Assembly: GCF_947568905.1 (NCBI RefSeq)
Contig: NC_079168.1
Location: 88,226,001 to 88,290,000, forward strand
Reading direction: 5' to 3'
Length of the DNA stretch: 64,000 nucleotides
Source: Ostrea edulis
Lineage: Eukaryota
The notes beneath the pieces were generated by a model. That model was not told where the DNA came from, searched no databases, and saw nothing but the letters and a program-made list of their open reading frames with translations. This document shows, piece by piece, positions 28,145 to 40,500 of the stretch (position 1 is the stretch's first letter; the number at the start of each line of letters is the position of its first letter). The position numbers and the translations under genes are program-made.

Positions 28145-31100
28145 CTTTATATTGATTCTCTTCGTCGTCTTTACATCCCCCGATCATGACTTCCTGAGGT
28201 CCACCTCGTCGACCAATGGGAGACTGGCACCTGAATTTAAAATCATTTAAAAGATTAATGAGTTATATAATTATGATATTGCGAAATGCCCAACAATTTA
28301 GAGACTGTCACACGCTTACTGTTGAATGCCAACAAAGATAACCCTGTCCAGGGAGCCAGATATCGGGGTGTGTTCCCGGAACCTTAAACACGTGTTTTCT
28401 TCCCAGATCTTCATGGCGGACGTGATGTTTCCAATGGCGTCTCCATCTGGACAGTAATTTGACATTTAATCGCATATTCTAGTAACAGACAATGAACATT
28501 TAGAACTGGACTTCATAACAAGAATAAACAGTAGAATATATTTTTTATCCTGCTGATTTAACCTGAATGTTTAAATATTGAAACGACTGTGGTTTTGAAA
28601 ATTGACACGACGTTGAAAATAAATACTTTGTTACTAGCGCTGAATCAAGGTTGATAATAGGTCGAACATGTCGTTGTATATAAATTTATGTTGAAATTTC
28701 ACTATCCAATTGACTGCAAGTGTTGAATTTATTCTACATTAAAACAGAGAAAACGGGATAATAACATTACGCAGACATTACATAGACGGAATAGACGGGA
28801 TAATAACATTACGCAGACATTACATAGACGGAATAGACGGAATAATAACATTACGCAGACATTACATAGACGGAATAGACGGGATAATAACATTACGCAG
28901 ACATTACATAGACGGAAGTGTTCGTGTTATATAGAACCTATCGAAACCGGAATCGAGTACGCTGGGCAGTCATATGGAGTAAATAGTCATGTTTAATGTA
29001 TAAAAGCATTTTACTGAGAAAATGTAGATATTTTGGTTTGTTTCTTTGTTTTTCTGTCTTCATGCATCATGAAGCATTGTACAAACAAATCATCCTAACG
29101 CTCTAATGTGCCTTATCCTATTTGTCTGCACTCGTTATCGTGTTAGTAGCAGTTTAATCTATCACAATATTGAATGTGCGCAAAAATCTCAGAAAACAGT
29201 GACTGCGATAAAACGTCAAAATATTTTAAGCAATCGTCCAGATAAACATAAAGGAAGAATTACTGGTATGAAATCATAAACAAAATTACCATATTGACTA
29301 AGATAAAGTCATAAACAAAATTACCATATTGACTAAAATTTTAAAGAATTACAAAGGGAGAAAACAGTGTCACGATTCAATGTTGAACTAACAATACCAA
29401 CCTAACGTTGAAACTGTGTACGTATGAAATTTCAGTATTGTTTCAACAAGTCGCAAATATACATTTTATTGGCAAGTTTAATTCAGGATGTTGCATTTCT
29501 AATTTCAAGCCGACATCAAATCGTTCAAAGTTGAACAAAAATAGCATTTTCAATGTTGAAAATCGTCTTGAATTTCAAAGTTGTTTCAAAGTAGAAGAAC
29601 AGCCATGATATTAACGTTGAAAAGATGTTACACCAATGTTGATATACTTTTAAAATAGTTGAATCAACATCGAATAAATTCCACGTGATGTGCCTGCTCG
29701 GACCTTCCCAAGGTTTCGCGTTTTGCTATATCTTTGTCCTCCAAGCAGATCTAATTTCATTAATCAAAAACGAAAATTCCACGAATAGATTATAATATAT
29801 TATATTATGCATTTCATTCTGGTCTTCAGAAAGAGTTAAATGTAATACGAATCAAGATTGCGCTTGATTAGAGGGATCATATTACAAGAGGAACTTAATC
29901 TGACCGAGTCCATTCGACATCTGATAGTACACAATTCCACCAGGCCATAACTTCATTTCATTGGCTACCGCTTTCCGTCGGACACGACCTTTACGTTCCA
30001 TTTCCTCCATATCATGCTTCTCTTCCGGAGTGAGTAACAAGTCGGATTCAACCCCCAAACCGTCCTGTTCAACAGGCTTCTGAACACGCGGTTTGGTCTT
30101 TGATTTATTACGTGCTCGAGATCTTATTTGACTGAAGTAGTTTTCCATTTTCTGAAACAAATATAGAAACATTTTCTCCATGTAAAATATGATTTACGAG
30201 TTGATGTCCAGTGAGGCTCATTCTCTAGGTAAATCTGTTTTGATGAGGCATCCTTCACTATTCAATGAAATCTAAATTATTTGACATATTTCCAATTCAT
30301 GAAATAGTGCCATATACAATCTGGTATTCTATATCTTTAGAATTATTGTCTGATCTCATTTATTCCAGAATTTTTGCCTGATGAAGCTTACATTTGGAAT
30401 TGCCTGTTCTGTAATGTCTGGGTCAAGCTTAAGTAAAATTCTTTCGACATCTTTCAAATCCTTGTTAATCGGATCCCATCCATTATTCTACAAAACAATT
30501 GTAAATCAAGTGCACCTCTGTATACTGACCAGCTCCTTTGTTAAGAATCTTTCTAGCCCTCAGATCTACGTTATAAATGTATGCAATGTGCAAAATTTAT
30601 ATGCTTCCAATTGGATATTGCTTATGAATTTTGCACATTGGATACATTGTTAAGATCGTGTCTCCCGGGGGTAAGATGAGGCCATAATGGGAAATCAAAG
30701 TTTTACATACAAATGTATAGGGAAAATCTTTAAAAATCTTCTTCTCAAGAACCACTGGGCCAGGAAAGTACAAATTTACATGAAAGCATCCTGACATGGT
30801 GAAGATTCAGTTTGTTAAAATCATGGCCCCGGGGGGTAGGATGGGGCCATAATAGGGGATCGAAGTTTACACACAAATGTATTGGGCAAATTTTTAAAAA
30901 TCTTTTCTCAAGAACCATTGGGCCAGAGAAGTTTACATTTACATGAAAAAATTCTGACATAGTACAGATCCAAGTTTGTAAAAATCATGGCTCCCGGGGG
31001 TAGATTGCGGCCACAATAGGGATTAAAGTTTTACATGCGAATATGTAGAGGGGAATTCTGGGCCAAGGTGACTCAGGTGAGCGATGCGGCCCATGGGCTC

Positions 31101-32150
31101 TCGTTATTGTTGTTTCCTAACAATCAAGAACAAGGTACGGTTTTGTCCAAAATCTGAAATGACTGGGTAGGCATTAAATTTTTCCTGTGTTTTGTGATTA
31201 ATAGACGTAAAGTAGCATTTTGTGGGACTCCCCGTGGTGGATTTAAACACTACATATCACGTATGCGCGCACATGCACTAAATATCTCGTATATTTGGGC
31301 CTTTAGATATGACATAATAATAATTCATACAAATGAAATCCTTCCACCTGCACGTATAAGTTTTCGAAAATAACAGGGCTTATTTATGTCCAAACCGTAC
31401 CTTGTTCTTTATACTCCGTACAGAATCAATTCTCCGGGACTATTTCCCCTCTGTTATTCAGACTTTACATTTTTCTGCAGAAAATCGATATTATACGCAA
31501 GTGATTCGGTTTTTAAAATATCGGACAGTACAGTCTTGTAGGATTTATTAAATTCAAATTAAAGTAAAAGCAAATTTTTATACACTGAGTAACGTTTGGG
31601 TTGATTAAGAATAAACACTACCGGTATATTGATATCGGACTATGTTTGTGAGCGGGGTGTCCTGGACGTAATCAAGACGGATTACTCCGTACTACCCTGA
31701 TTAGGTAACTAATATTGTCATAATTCAAACAAATTCGAAGATATGTACCATCTGTAGATTCTTCAGTTTTAAAACATATGGATCATGGAGAAGCAGTTTT
31801 TTTTCTAAATAGACAAAAGTGAATAAATCATTTTAATAAATTCAATGGTTTGAATTACCTACCATTCTTGTCAGCGCTTTTTTGCTCAAATACAATACAC
31901 GTATATACAAAAAGAATACATCCTTAAAGAATTATTCAGATAAATTCAAGTATGAAATATCTCTGATATTGACTCGACTTTCCAAAGATTTTACCCCATA
32001 AATAAAATAGTTTGTCCATCTACCCATATATATAGGTCAACATGTCGGGTCTCAAAGGAAAAACAAGAAATATTCATAACTACTTGCCAGCTTGGAATAG
32101 CCTTGTATACAGCTAAATAGAAGACCGAGGAAAACTGCGGGTACAAACAT
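24626..32150 (-). CDS. Secreted astacin-EGF-CUB metalloprotease, copy B (495 aa)
   Basis: Exons: 32150-32084, 31804-31749, 30487-30392, 30151-29905, 28446-28320, 28230-28146, 27711-27511, 27043-26914, 26828-26709, 26494-26397, 25053-24935, 24767-24626 (1488 nt, open to TAG). Signal MFVPAVFLGLLFSCIQG, VESDL, RVRR/KAVA, HEIAHSFGFYHEHTRPDRD, SVMHY, EGF, CUB. The first two exons are less certain (weak A|GTAGTT donor, but phases fit). Confidence 0.9.
25703..25970. repeat. 67-bp minisatellite, 4 copies, in an astacin B intron
   Basis: GTATCCCCGGGTCTATGTCGCCAGATGATGCCGATTATTTG... at 25703, 25770, 25837, 25904. Confidence 0.92.
27052..27270 (-). mobile_element. Penelope-like 3' tail inserted just upstream of the astacin B exon acceptor at 27044
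   Basis: Plus strand GAAAAGTGAAGATAACGAACAGTGATCAATCTCATAACTCCTATAAGC..., also present as a fragment at 18874-18940. Confidence 0.75.
27795..27877. repeat. (TA)n microsatellite; a second tract lies at 28089-28142
   Basis: Directly visible; the two tracts bracket the palindrome at 27919-28092. Confidence 0.95.
27919..28092. repeat. 174-bp near-perfect, loopless palindrome
   Basis: Arms meet at 28005/28006 (GTTACATTTT|AAAATGTAAC); the only difference seen is one A in an A-run. Confidence 0.93.
28012..28049 (+). ncRNA. Minimal type I hammerhead-ribozyme-like motif; mirror copy on the minus strand at 27962-27999
   Basis: TAACGC-CTGAGGA-ttataaaat-GAAA-GCGC-T-T-GCGTTA: 6-bp stem I, CUGANGA and GAAA core boxes, palindromic stem III (AAGCGCTT). 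Stem II is poorly paired. Confidence 0.55.
28754..28917. repeat. 42-bp minisatellite, about 4 copies
   Basis: GGGATAATAACATTACGCAGACATTACATAGACGGAATAGAC repeated. Confidence 0.9.
30580..31105 (-). mobile_element. Truncated Helentron-type element carrying ~166-bp satellite-like repeats
   Basis: Minus-strand start AACGAGAGCCCATGGGCCGCATCGCTCACCTGAGTCACC; GGCCATAAT-type anchors recur near 30680, 30845 and 31010. Confidence 0.75.
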
Positions 32151-32185
32151 TATGACTGTGACAGGTGACTGCGACAAGGACACCC

Positions 32186-32192
32186 TTTTATA
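32186..32192 (-). promoter_or_regulatory. TATA box of astacin B
   Basis: TATAAAA 36-42 nt upstream of ATG 32150, followed by CAGTC initiator-like motifs. Confidence 0.55.
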
Positions 32193-34542
32193 CCGAGACT
32201 GTTCACGAAACTTAATTAACGTTGTTTGTGGAATTGTTAAATCATTCAAATTATGTAACCAATATTATGATGTAATTATCCTAAACTTTATTAAGTGATA
32301 TGCGGAAAGAATAAGGGAATGCTCCAAGACCGTCTTCTTCCGTGAAAACAAAATATATAGAGTACTGTATATATATAAAGTTCGAAAGTTTATCATGTAA
32401 CGTAAGTTAGTGAAAATTACATTGGAAAAGGGGTTATTAGAAATTCCTTTATCTTTGTTCCATGATAAAAATAAAGTCAAGGAAGTTTGAATAAAACACA
32501 GACAGGGAAGCGTTAATAACATGATATTGTCTCTACTGCATACCTCTGAATTTGTTTTAAAATGGCGTACATGATATCCCGAAACTTTTGTCGAATCCCC
32601 CTCCCCAATATGTTAGATATCACCTCGACCTTTGAACCACTCATTCGAAAATTAACTGTCAGTCTATGCCCGCAGCTACCTATGTCCACGGAGGAAAAAC
32701 CAAACTCAGAGGGACAACTAACTACCCCTCAACAACTTGATTGCCCGGGGGATAATATATTCTTCATCATCAAGCCAGATAAATGTACAACATATACATG
32801 TATTACAAATCCATCTAGTTTATTCAATCAAAACATTAAATGTTGATTTATTTTTCCTCCACATGTTGCTACTAGGAGTACATGCCATTGTTTGCAACTC
32901 TGTTTTTCCACTTGAACGTGGGATTTTTGGAGTTCTTTATAAATCAGATATAGTGTTTCGTCTCTGATATAATACCCGTCCAGGATTCCATCATCAAGAA
33001 TTTATACACGTTAAAGATTAGGATTGTACAAAGAACCAAAGGCGCAGCCAGCGATAAAGCCACTGATAATGTAGCGCAGTGTGTATGTCACTTTCTACAC
33101 AACAAATGTGCAGACAAACAAAATAAAACAAACTATCGGTTCCGTGGTGATATGATGGGTGGACAGAAGAAGAGGCGTGATTTATCTCCAGTCATCCAAA
33201 TTCCCTGTTAACGGGCCCATTACACTCAAGTCCTGAGTATCAAGCAAGAAAATGATAGGAGAGCAAAGCTTTCTTTTAATAATTTTTCACTAAATCTTGC
33301 ATAATGACATAATAGACCGGGTAGGAATCACAAAACGGCTGGGTTTTTTTTGTTGTTGTAAATTTAGGCCGAAACACTAAAGAGACAAGCAAAAATCAAT
33401 ATTCTTAGGACAAATCATAAGTGTACTGAAATTTGAATGGGCATTCATTCTGAAATATTTAATAGAGTAATTTGGGAAGGATAAGGTAAATTAAAATACA
33501 TGTATATTGAATGTTTGATGGCAGATTGAGAACAATTATATCTGCCGTGAGAAAGAGTCATCAAAGACCAAAACGTGCTGAAGTCAAGAGGCTCAGATCA
33601 TTTTGATATTAAAAATGCCGGACACATCTGTATTATTAATTTCTAGTGTAAATTCCACATACCCTTTCAATGAAAGCAAATTCACTGCATTGTGGAGGAG
33701 ATTTACAAACCTTTATATGCAAACAAATGTGGATTAAGAGAGAAAGCATCCAAACAACCACAGAGCGAAGTAAACATTGAATATTTAAGATGTACAGTCG
33801 ATACAACACTATATATATATATACTTATTTATTTGATGCCCTCCATGCGATATCGGAGGTTAGAATTATTGAAAATAAAATGACGAAAGTAAATTTGCTA
33901 AGCTTCGGAATTTTCGAACCCACTGACATTATAATTAACAATAGGGTGATTAACTAGGATTAAAGTGTTAACTGTGAGCAGTCTGTGGCGTAGTTCTGTA
34001 TTAATGGGAATTACCTGTAATGACTGTTGAATGGAATATAAAATATAGAAAATAAAACAGTATGTATGCTCTTTTTTCTCTTTCTCCTACCTCTCTCTCT
34101 CTCTCTGTCTAGTCGATGATAAGTATTAGTGAGGACGTCCTCACATGGATGGGAAAGCATACTAATGTACAGATATGCTATTGAAAGTGCAAAAAATACA
34201 CTCTCGTGTAGTTACAGGGACACCTATAAAAGTTATCCAATAATCTCTTTTGAAATGTAAAAAAAAAAAAAAAAAAAAAAAAAATGATGAGAGAAAATAT
34301 ACATAGGGGCATGTTCCCACACCACTTGTCCCCATTAATGTAATAGCTAGCACATTTGGTGGATCACGTTTATGGAGACGTAACTGTTAGGACAACTCTG
34401 TCCCCACAACACAAGTCAAATGGGAATAGTTTGTCCTCACTTTACACGTTTATCAACTCCTTCTTTTTCTTTTACTCTCTATAAAAGATTAGAATTATAT
34501 TGCATCAATAAGCAATGTTTTGTGTCTTAATATAATTCAGGT

Positions 34543-37500
34543 ATGGAGACATTTGACAAATTCAGATATGATTTTGGTATATCATCACCATCACCATCAG
34601 TTCTCCCACCTAGATCCGCCACCCTGTCTTTCGTTTCCGAACCGTCGAGTCCCGGAAGTGGAACCGGAAGCCACAATGTTTCACGTTTAAGAAAGAACAG
34701 TGCAAAAATTCGCAAAAAACAAATGAACAGCCACATGGCAAGTCCGATTCCCTCTGCCACAAGCGTCAAATCCACGACTTATAAACATTTGTCTTCGAAA
34801 CCGTGGGAGTACGTCCCTATCCTGACGGACAAACAGTACGCCGAGAAAAAGGAACGGCTGCTAAGGGGCAGTAAATTAAAACGCGAACTGGAAAAGTACT
34901 GGAACATACAGACACCAAGCCGGTTGGAGAAAAAGAGGCTAGAAGAAATTTCCAGCGACGATGAAGAGTACGACACGGATCTTGATCAAGAATTAGGTAA
35001 TTTTGTGAATCTTTTCAATCGAAAAATAACCAGGAAACAGATAAATTACTTCTTAAACTAAAGTTGCATTTGTTTAAAATTCTGTTTAAGGTTTGTTAAA
35101 ATATCGGTCTCGATTGCTTTAGTTGGACTTGAGCTTATTGTGGACGAAAAAACCAAACAAATCAAAGATGATGGATCGTTTCCGGAGTACAAGCGCATGT
35201 GCCGGAAGTTGAACGTAATACCAAATCACTACCTCCTACGTCATTCAACTGATGACGACATCAAATTGCGATATAGATATCTCAGCAAGAACGACTGCAC
35301 TGCCATGGGTTACGAGATGAAGGTATGTATACCAGAACTGCAGGTATATATATACCAAGAAAGACCTTGTTTGAACTTTTCACACTCCCTCACTCTGGTA
35401 AAATTTTAATGTGGGATCTAATATGAAAATTCCTCACATCAAATGATGAGTGCATCTCATTCCAGACACTGTAAAGAAGTAGAGGTTTACATTCTAATTC
35501 AATTTTCTCGTTAGGTTCACATTTTAAGTAATCAGAAAGTGGTATACGGAATTGAAATAGCCTGCAAGAGTATTTCCTATTGCCCAAAGTATTGTTTTTA
35601 TCATGTAAAGCTTGTATATATTTCAGGACAATTCAACCTTCTCCAGGATAGACCTTGAGGATAATGGAATGACAGGAAAACACATCCACGCTCTGGCGGA
35701 AATGCTTCTTCAGAATCATTACGTATCTGAAATAGTAAGACACATGGCATGGATATTTTAGAACCCTTCTGATTCAAATCTAACTCGTATCAAAAGCGAA
35801 ACCAGCATGTAGCAATGAATGCATAAATTCAGGGATGTTACCCAGTCTTTATGAACACCTGAGTCACTCAAGTGACCTATTGCTATTGGTCCACGTCCAT
35901 AGTCGTCCGTTAATGATTGAACACTTTTAACTTCTTCCTTATAACTACATTCCATTTCGTTTCAAAATTGGTACAAAGCATTTTTGGGACATTTTAAATT
36001 TCAGGACTCCTGCATCCCCAGGGGCGGGGCAAAAACTGCCAAAAATTGACCAATTTAAAAAAATTATTTTCTCTACAACCATATATTTGTAAGAAAAACA
36101 AAATGTATAATAGTCATATAGAGCAGAAAGGCCTCTACGAAAACTGTAAATTTCATGATCCCCGGGGAAGAAATTCTGGCTCCAGGGCAGGACCGAACAT
36201 GGTGTACAGTGTTTATGTGTAAAACATTTGATTAGCATCATCTTTAATGCTATTGAAAATAAGAGAATATTTTCAAGGAGCAGGTAGCTCTTCACCAAAG
36301 TTGTAAATTTCAAGATCCCAGGGGTAGGGGTTTTGGTATTAGAGTGGGGCCAAAATGGTCAAAGTGATTAAATTTGTGTGTCAACAATTCAACATTTTTA
36401 ATTTCTTCTTTTCAAACTTGTATGAAGCATCTTTAGGACAAGGGGGCTTTAATGGTAAATTTCTGGACTTCTGCATTCTCGGGACCTTAAGGGCGGGAAA
36501 AAACTGCCAAAACAATTTTCAAAAATCTTCCTTCTCTACAACTACACATCTGTAAAGAAAACTAAATGCATACTAGCCATGTAAAACAAGAAGACCTTTA
36601 CCAAAATTGTAAATTTCGTGATCATGGGGAAGGGTCAAACTTGGTATATTGTGTTATGTGTAAATTATTTAAATAACGTCTTTGATGTAATTGATACTAA
36701 ATGAAAACTACATAGATATTTAAAAGGAATATATAGCCCTTTTCCAAAATTGTAAATTTCATGATCTCGGTGGTAGGGGATTAGGTTTCAGCAAGGAAGG
36801 GGCCACAATTATTATAGTCATTACTGTGTTTATCATTCGAAATACTTCTTCTTTAATTTGCTGATACTGTATTAAAACTAAATGCGTATTTAGAAAAAGC
36901 AGAAAGGGATGTACCAAAATTGTGAACTTCGCAACCCCAGAGTTCTGACTCCAGGACAGGTTCAAAATAGTGTTAATATAACATATATTATATTACCTAA
37001 AGTCTTTCATCAGGATGGACACTTTCGGGAGCACTTTTTGTGTTTTAAGAACACATCTTCTTTATACTGGTGCTGAATATTCATCTTTAGCGTAGATGTA
37101 CAAAACAAGAGATTCATAGTCCTTGGCTCTAGTGATACTTTTAACTAATACTCAGGTGACCGATAAGGCCTGTGGGGCCCTTGTTTTTATGTTCTTGTAC
37201 GTCATACATGTATGGCTTTTAAGGCGTTTTGAATCGTGCTTGATTTGACTTTGCAGAATTTGTCCAATAATCCAGTCGGGGTTCCGGGGGCAAAGGTGGT
37301 GCGTTACATACTTACAAACAATACTCACGTACGGAAAATTGATTTAACAGGTACGATGTCATTACTTTATAAAGAAGTTCTGATTGTCCCTTAATTAGTG
37401 GAGTTCCGATTTCGTAGCTGTCTGTTTCAGGTTGTAAAATTCAAGATGTCGGAGGTAAACTAATGGCTGATATACTCGAGGTATGGTACATGTGTTCTGA

Positions 37501-40500
37501 CTCAGTTCGAGATTTCTTGACCTCATTCGTTTCATTCCATGCACGTGTACGGGGAATTTTTTCATTGTAGCATAATCAATATATTACACAACTTCTGCTT
37601 GGACGAAACGGGATCGGCAATGAAGCAGCCATACAATTTGGGAAAGCTTTAGGTAAGTTTTATTCCAGATTATTTACATATCAGTCTTTCCAAATATCGG
37701 TTTATGACTTAAAAACCTATCATGGCTAGCATATTTGTTTATGTCTAACCGATTTAAGGCGTACATACTGGTTAATGACATTTATGACAAATAGCGATAC
37801 AATGTATATCGGTTTATAGCTGGCATGCCTATTATGGTTTACATACCGGTTTATGGCTTACATGTACATCCTGGTTTATGGCAGACAAACCGGTTTATAG
37901 CTTACAAACGGGTGAATGGCTTATATAATGATTTAAGGCTTAGATACCGGTTAATAGCTTACACACCGGTTAATAACTTACACATCGGTTAATAGCTTAC
38001 ACATCGGTTAATAGCTTACACATCGGTTAATAACTTACACATCAGTTAATAGCTTACACATCGGTTAATAGCTTACACACCGGTTAATAGCTTACACACC
38101 GGTTAATAACTTACACATCGGTTAATAGCTTACACACCGGTTAATAGCTTACACACCGATTAATAGCTTACACACCGGTTAATAGCTTACACATCGGTTA
38201 ATAGCCTACACACCGGTTAAATCCTTACACACCGGTTAATAGCTTACACATCGGTTAATAGCTTACACATCGGTTAATAACTTACACATCGGTTAATAAC
38301 TTACACATCGGTTAATAGCTTACACACCGGTTAATAGCTTACACATCGGTTAATAACTTACACATCGGTTAATAGCTTACACACCGGTTAATAACTTACA
38401 CACCGGTTAATAGCTTACACATCGGTTAATAGCTTACACATCGGTTAATAGCTTACACATCGGTTAATAGCTTACACACCGGTTAATAGCTTACACACCG
38501 GTTAATAGCTTACACATCGGTTAATAACTTACACATCGATTAATAGCTTACACACCGGTTGATAACTTACACATCGGTTAATAGCTTACACATCGGTTAA
38601 TAGCTTACACACCGGTTTATAACTTACAGAGCCTACCGCTCAAAGACAACCATTTATTATGACCCCGCATCCCCTTTCTCCAAATTAATTGCTGTTATCA
38701 AAGTATCTAGCGATCATCATCCTTATATTCTTCAATTTGCACTATGTTTTATTACATGTACTTATCAACATCCAAATCTCAGTCTGTCACTAAAAAATCA
38801 ACTTTTGTATTGACAGAATCCAACAGCACCCTGGAGATTTTGGACCTCTCCTGGAACCAGATCTCACGTCCTGGAGCCCAGGCTTTAGCTGCCGGGCTTA
38901 GGGTATTGTTCAAATCTAGAATCTCGAGGGGTTTTTTTAATTCGTGGCTGTTATCTGCCAGAGTACATTATTATATATCAAAAATATTTGCCATGAGTAC
39001 CTGCATTTCCAAGAAACTCTCTTACATACAGCATCAACAATGGTTGTTCAAATTATTCAGCATTCTCAAAATCGATTCTGCAATTTCTAAATCAAAGGTT
39101 ATCTTTAGAAGAAAAAAAACAAAAAAACAAAACAAAAAAAAACAAATAAAATGATTTCTTTCATCAGAAACAATATTTAATGCTTCCAGCACAACCAGCA
39201 ATTGCGAAGTCTTATTTTGAATATGAATGGGCTTGGAAAAGAAGGAGGATGTTTTCTGATTGAGGCCCTTCGTCTCAATTCCTCGCTGACCGTCCTTGAC
39301 CTTGGAGCCAATAGAATCCCAGATGAAATCGCCCCTGTTGTTGCTAGGGTTTTACCCAATAATAAGGCTCTCCAGACATTAAAGGTATACTCTGAACTGA
39401 CAGAGAATTCTGTGAAGCGTCTTTTGTATACTTTCACATTCGATTTCTCTAAGCATTTGTGTACGTATGTTGTTGTAGTCCCATACCGACGAAGTCGAAG
39501 GGGACTTAAGGTTTGCGCTCCGTCTGTCCGTCAGTCCGGTAAATTAGTTTTCCGCACTTTTTCTCTGTTCTTACAGACAGCACATTTGGTGCATTGCTTT
39601 GCCATAACAAGTTACATATCAAGTTTGAATTTCGTCTCGGTCCGTTGATTTTTCAGTTATGGCCCCATCACTTAGAAAAATAGATGAATTATCTTTTTTG
39701 TTCTGCTTGCATATATTCATATGATATTTAGTGCGTTGCTTTGCCAAAAAAAGTTACAGATCCAGTTCGAAATTGGTTTCGGTCCGTGAATTTTTCAATA
39801 AGTTATTGCCCTTGGACTTACATGTAGAAAAATGGCATCATTAATTACAAGTTTTCCTGGCTTTTTTCTCGTGGTTTTGCTTGCATATATTAATTTGATA
39901 ATTGGTACATTTTTAGTTCGCCTCTACAAAGTTGATAAGAACTAGCTAGTGGAGTCTCATCCACACCAGCTAAAAGTATACATCCAAGTTTCTTATTTCT
40001 GTAGATAAACGTACTACATTCATTAAACCTTCTAGCACAGCAATACAACAATATAGCTAAATTATTCATGATCACCTACATTTTACAGTTCATTGACTTG
40101 GTCAAAGACCTAAACCTAATTATAAATTAGTCGTTTTTCCTGGTCCAGTCTTTGTACTTGAATAGTAGTTGATGTCCAACCATTCGAATCCTATCCTGCA
40201 ATATAGTTCCATAATGAACTTCGAATATTGTTGCGGTCCAATAATTTTTTGCGAACGGTAGGAGAAATGTATTTTATGCAAACCTTATAAAGTTTCATCC
40301 CAAATTAATTAACATTGTCTCTTAATGTGTCTTATACAGCGAAGCATGCTTATGTATGTGTTTTATTACAGCTTTCGTACAATCTGATTACCTCTGAGGG
40401 AGCCATGGCGCTCTTAAAACCCTGGTCATCTAAGATTAAAAAGAGAAGCCCACTGAAGACAATAGAACTGGATGTAAGAATCAAGAATAACCACACGCAT

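Noticed and set aside
33138-33151. RFX X-box upstream of the LRRC74-like gene (GGTTCCGTGGTGAT)
   Set aside because: Four mismatches to GTTNCCATGGNAAC, and the TSS is unknown; too weak to call.
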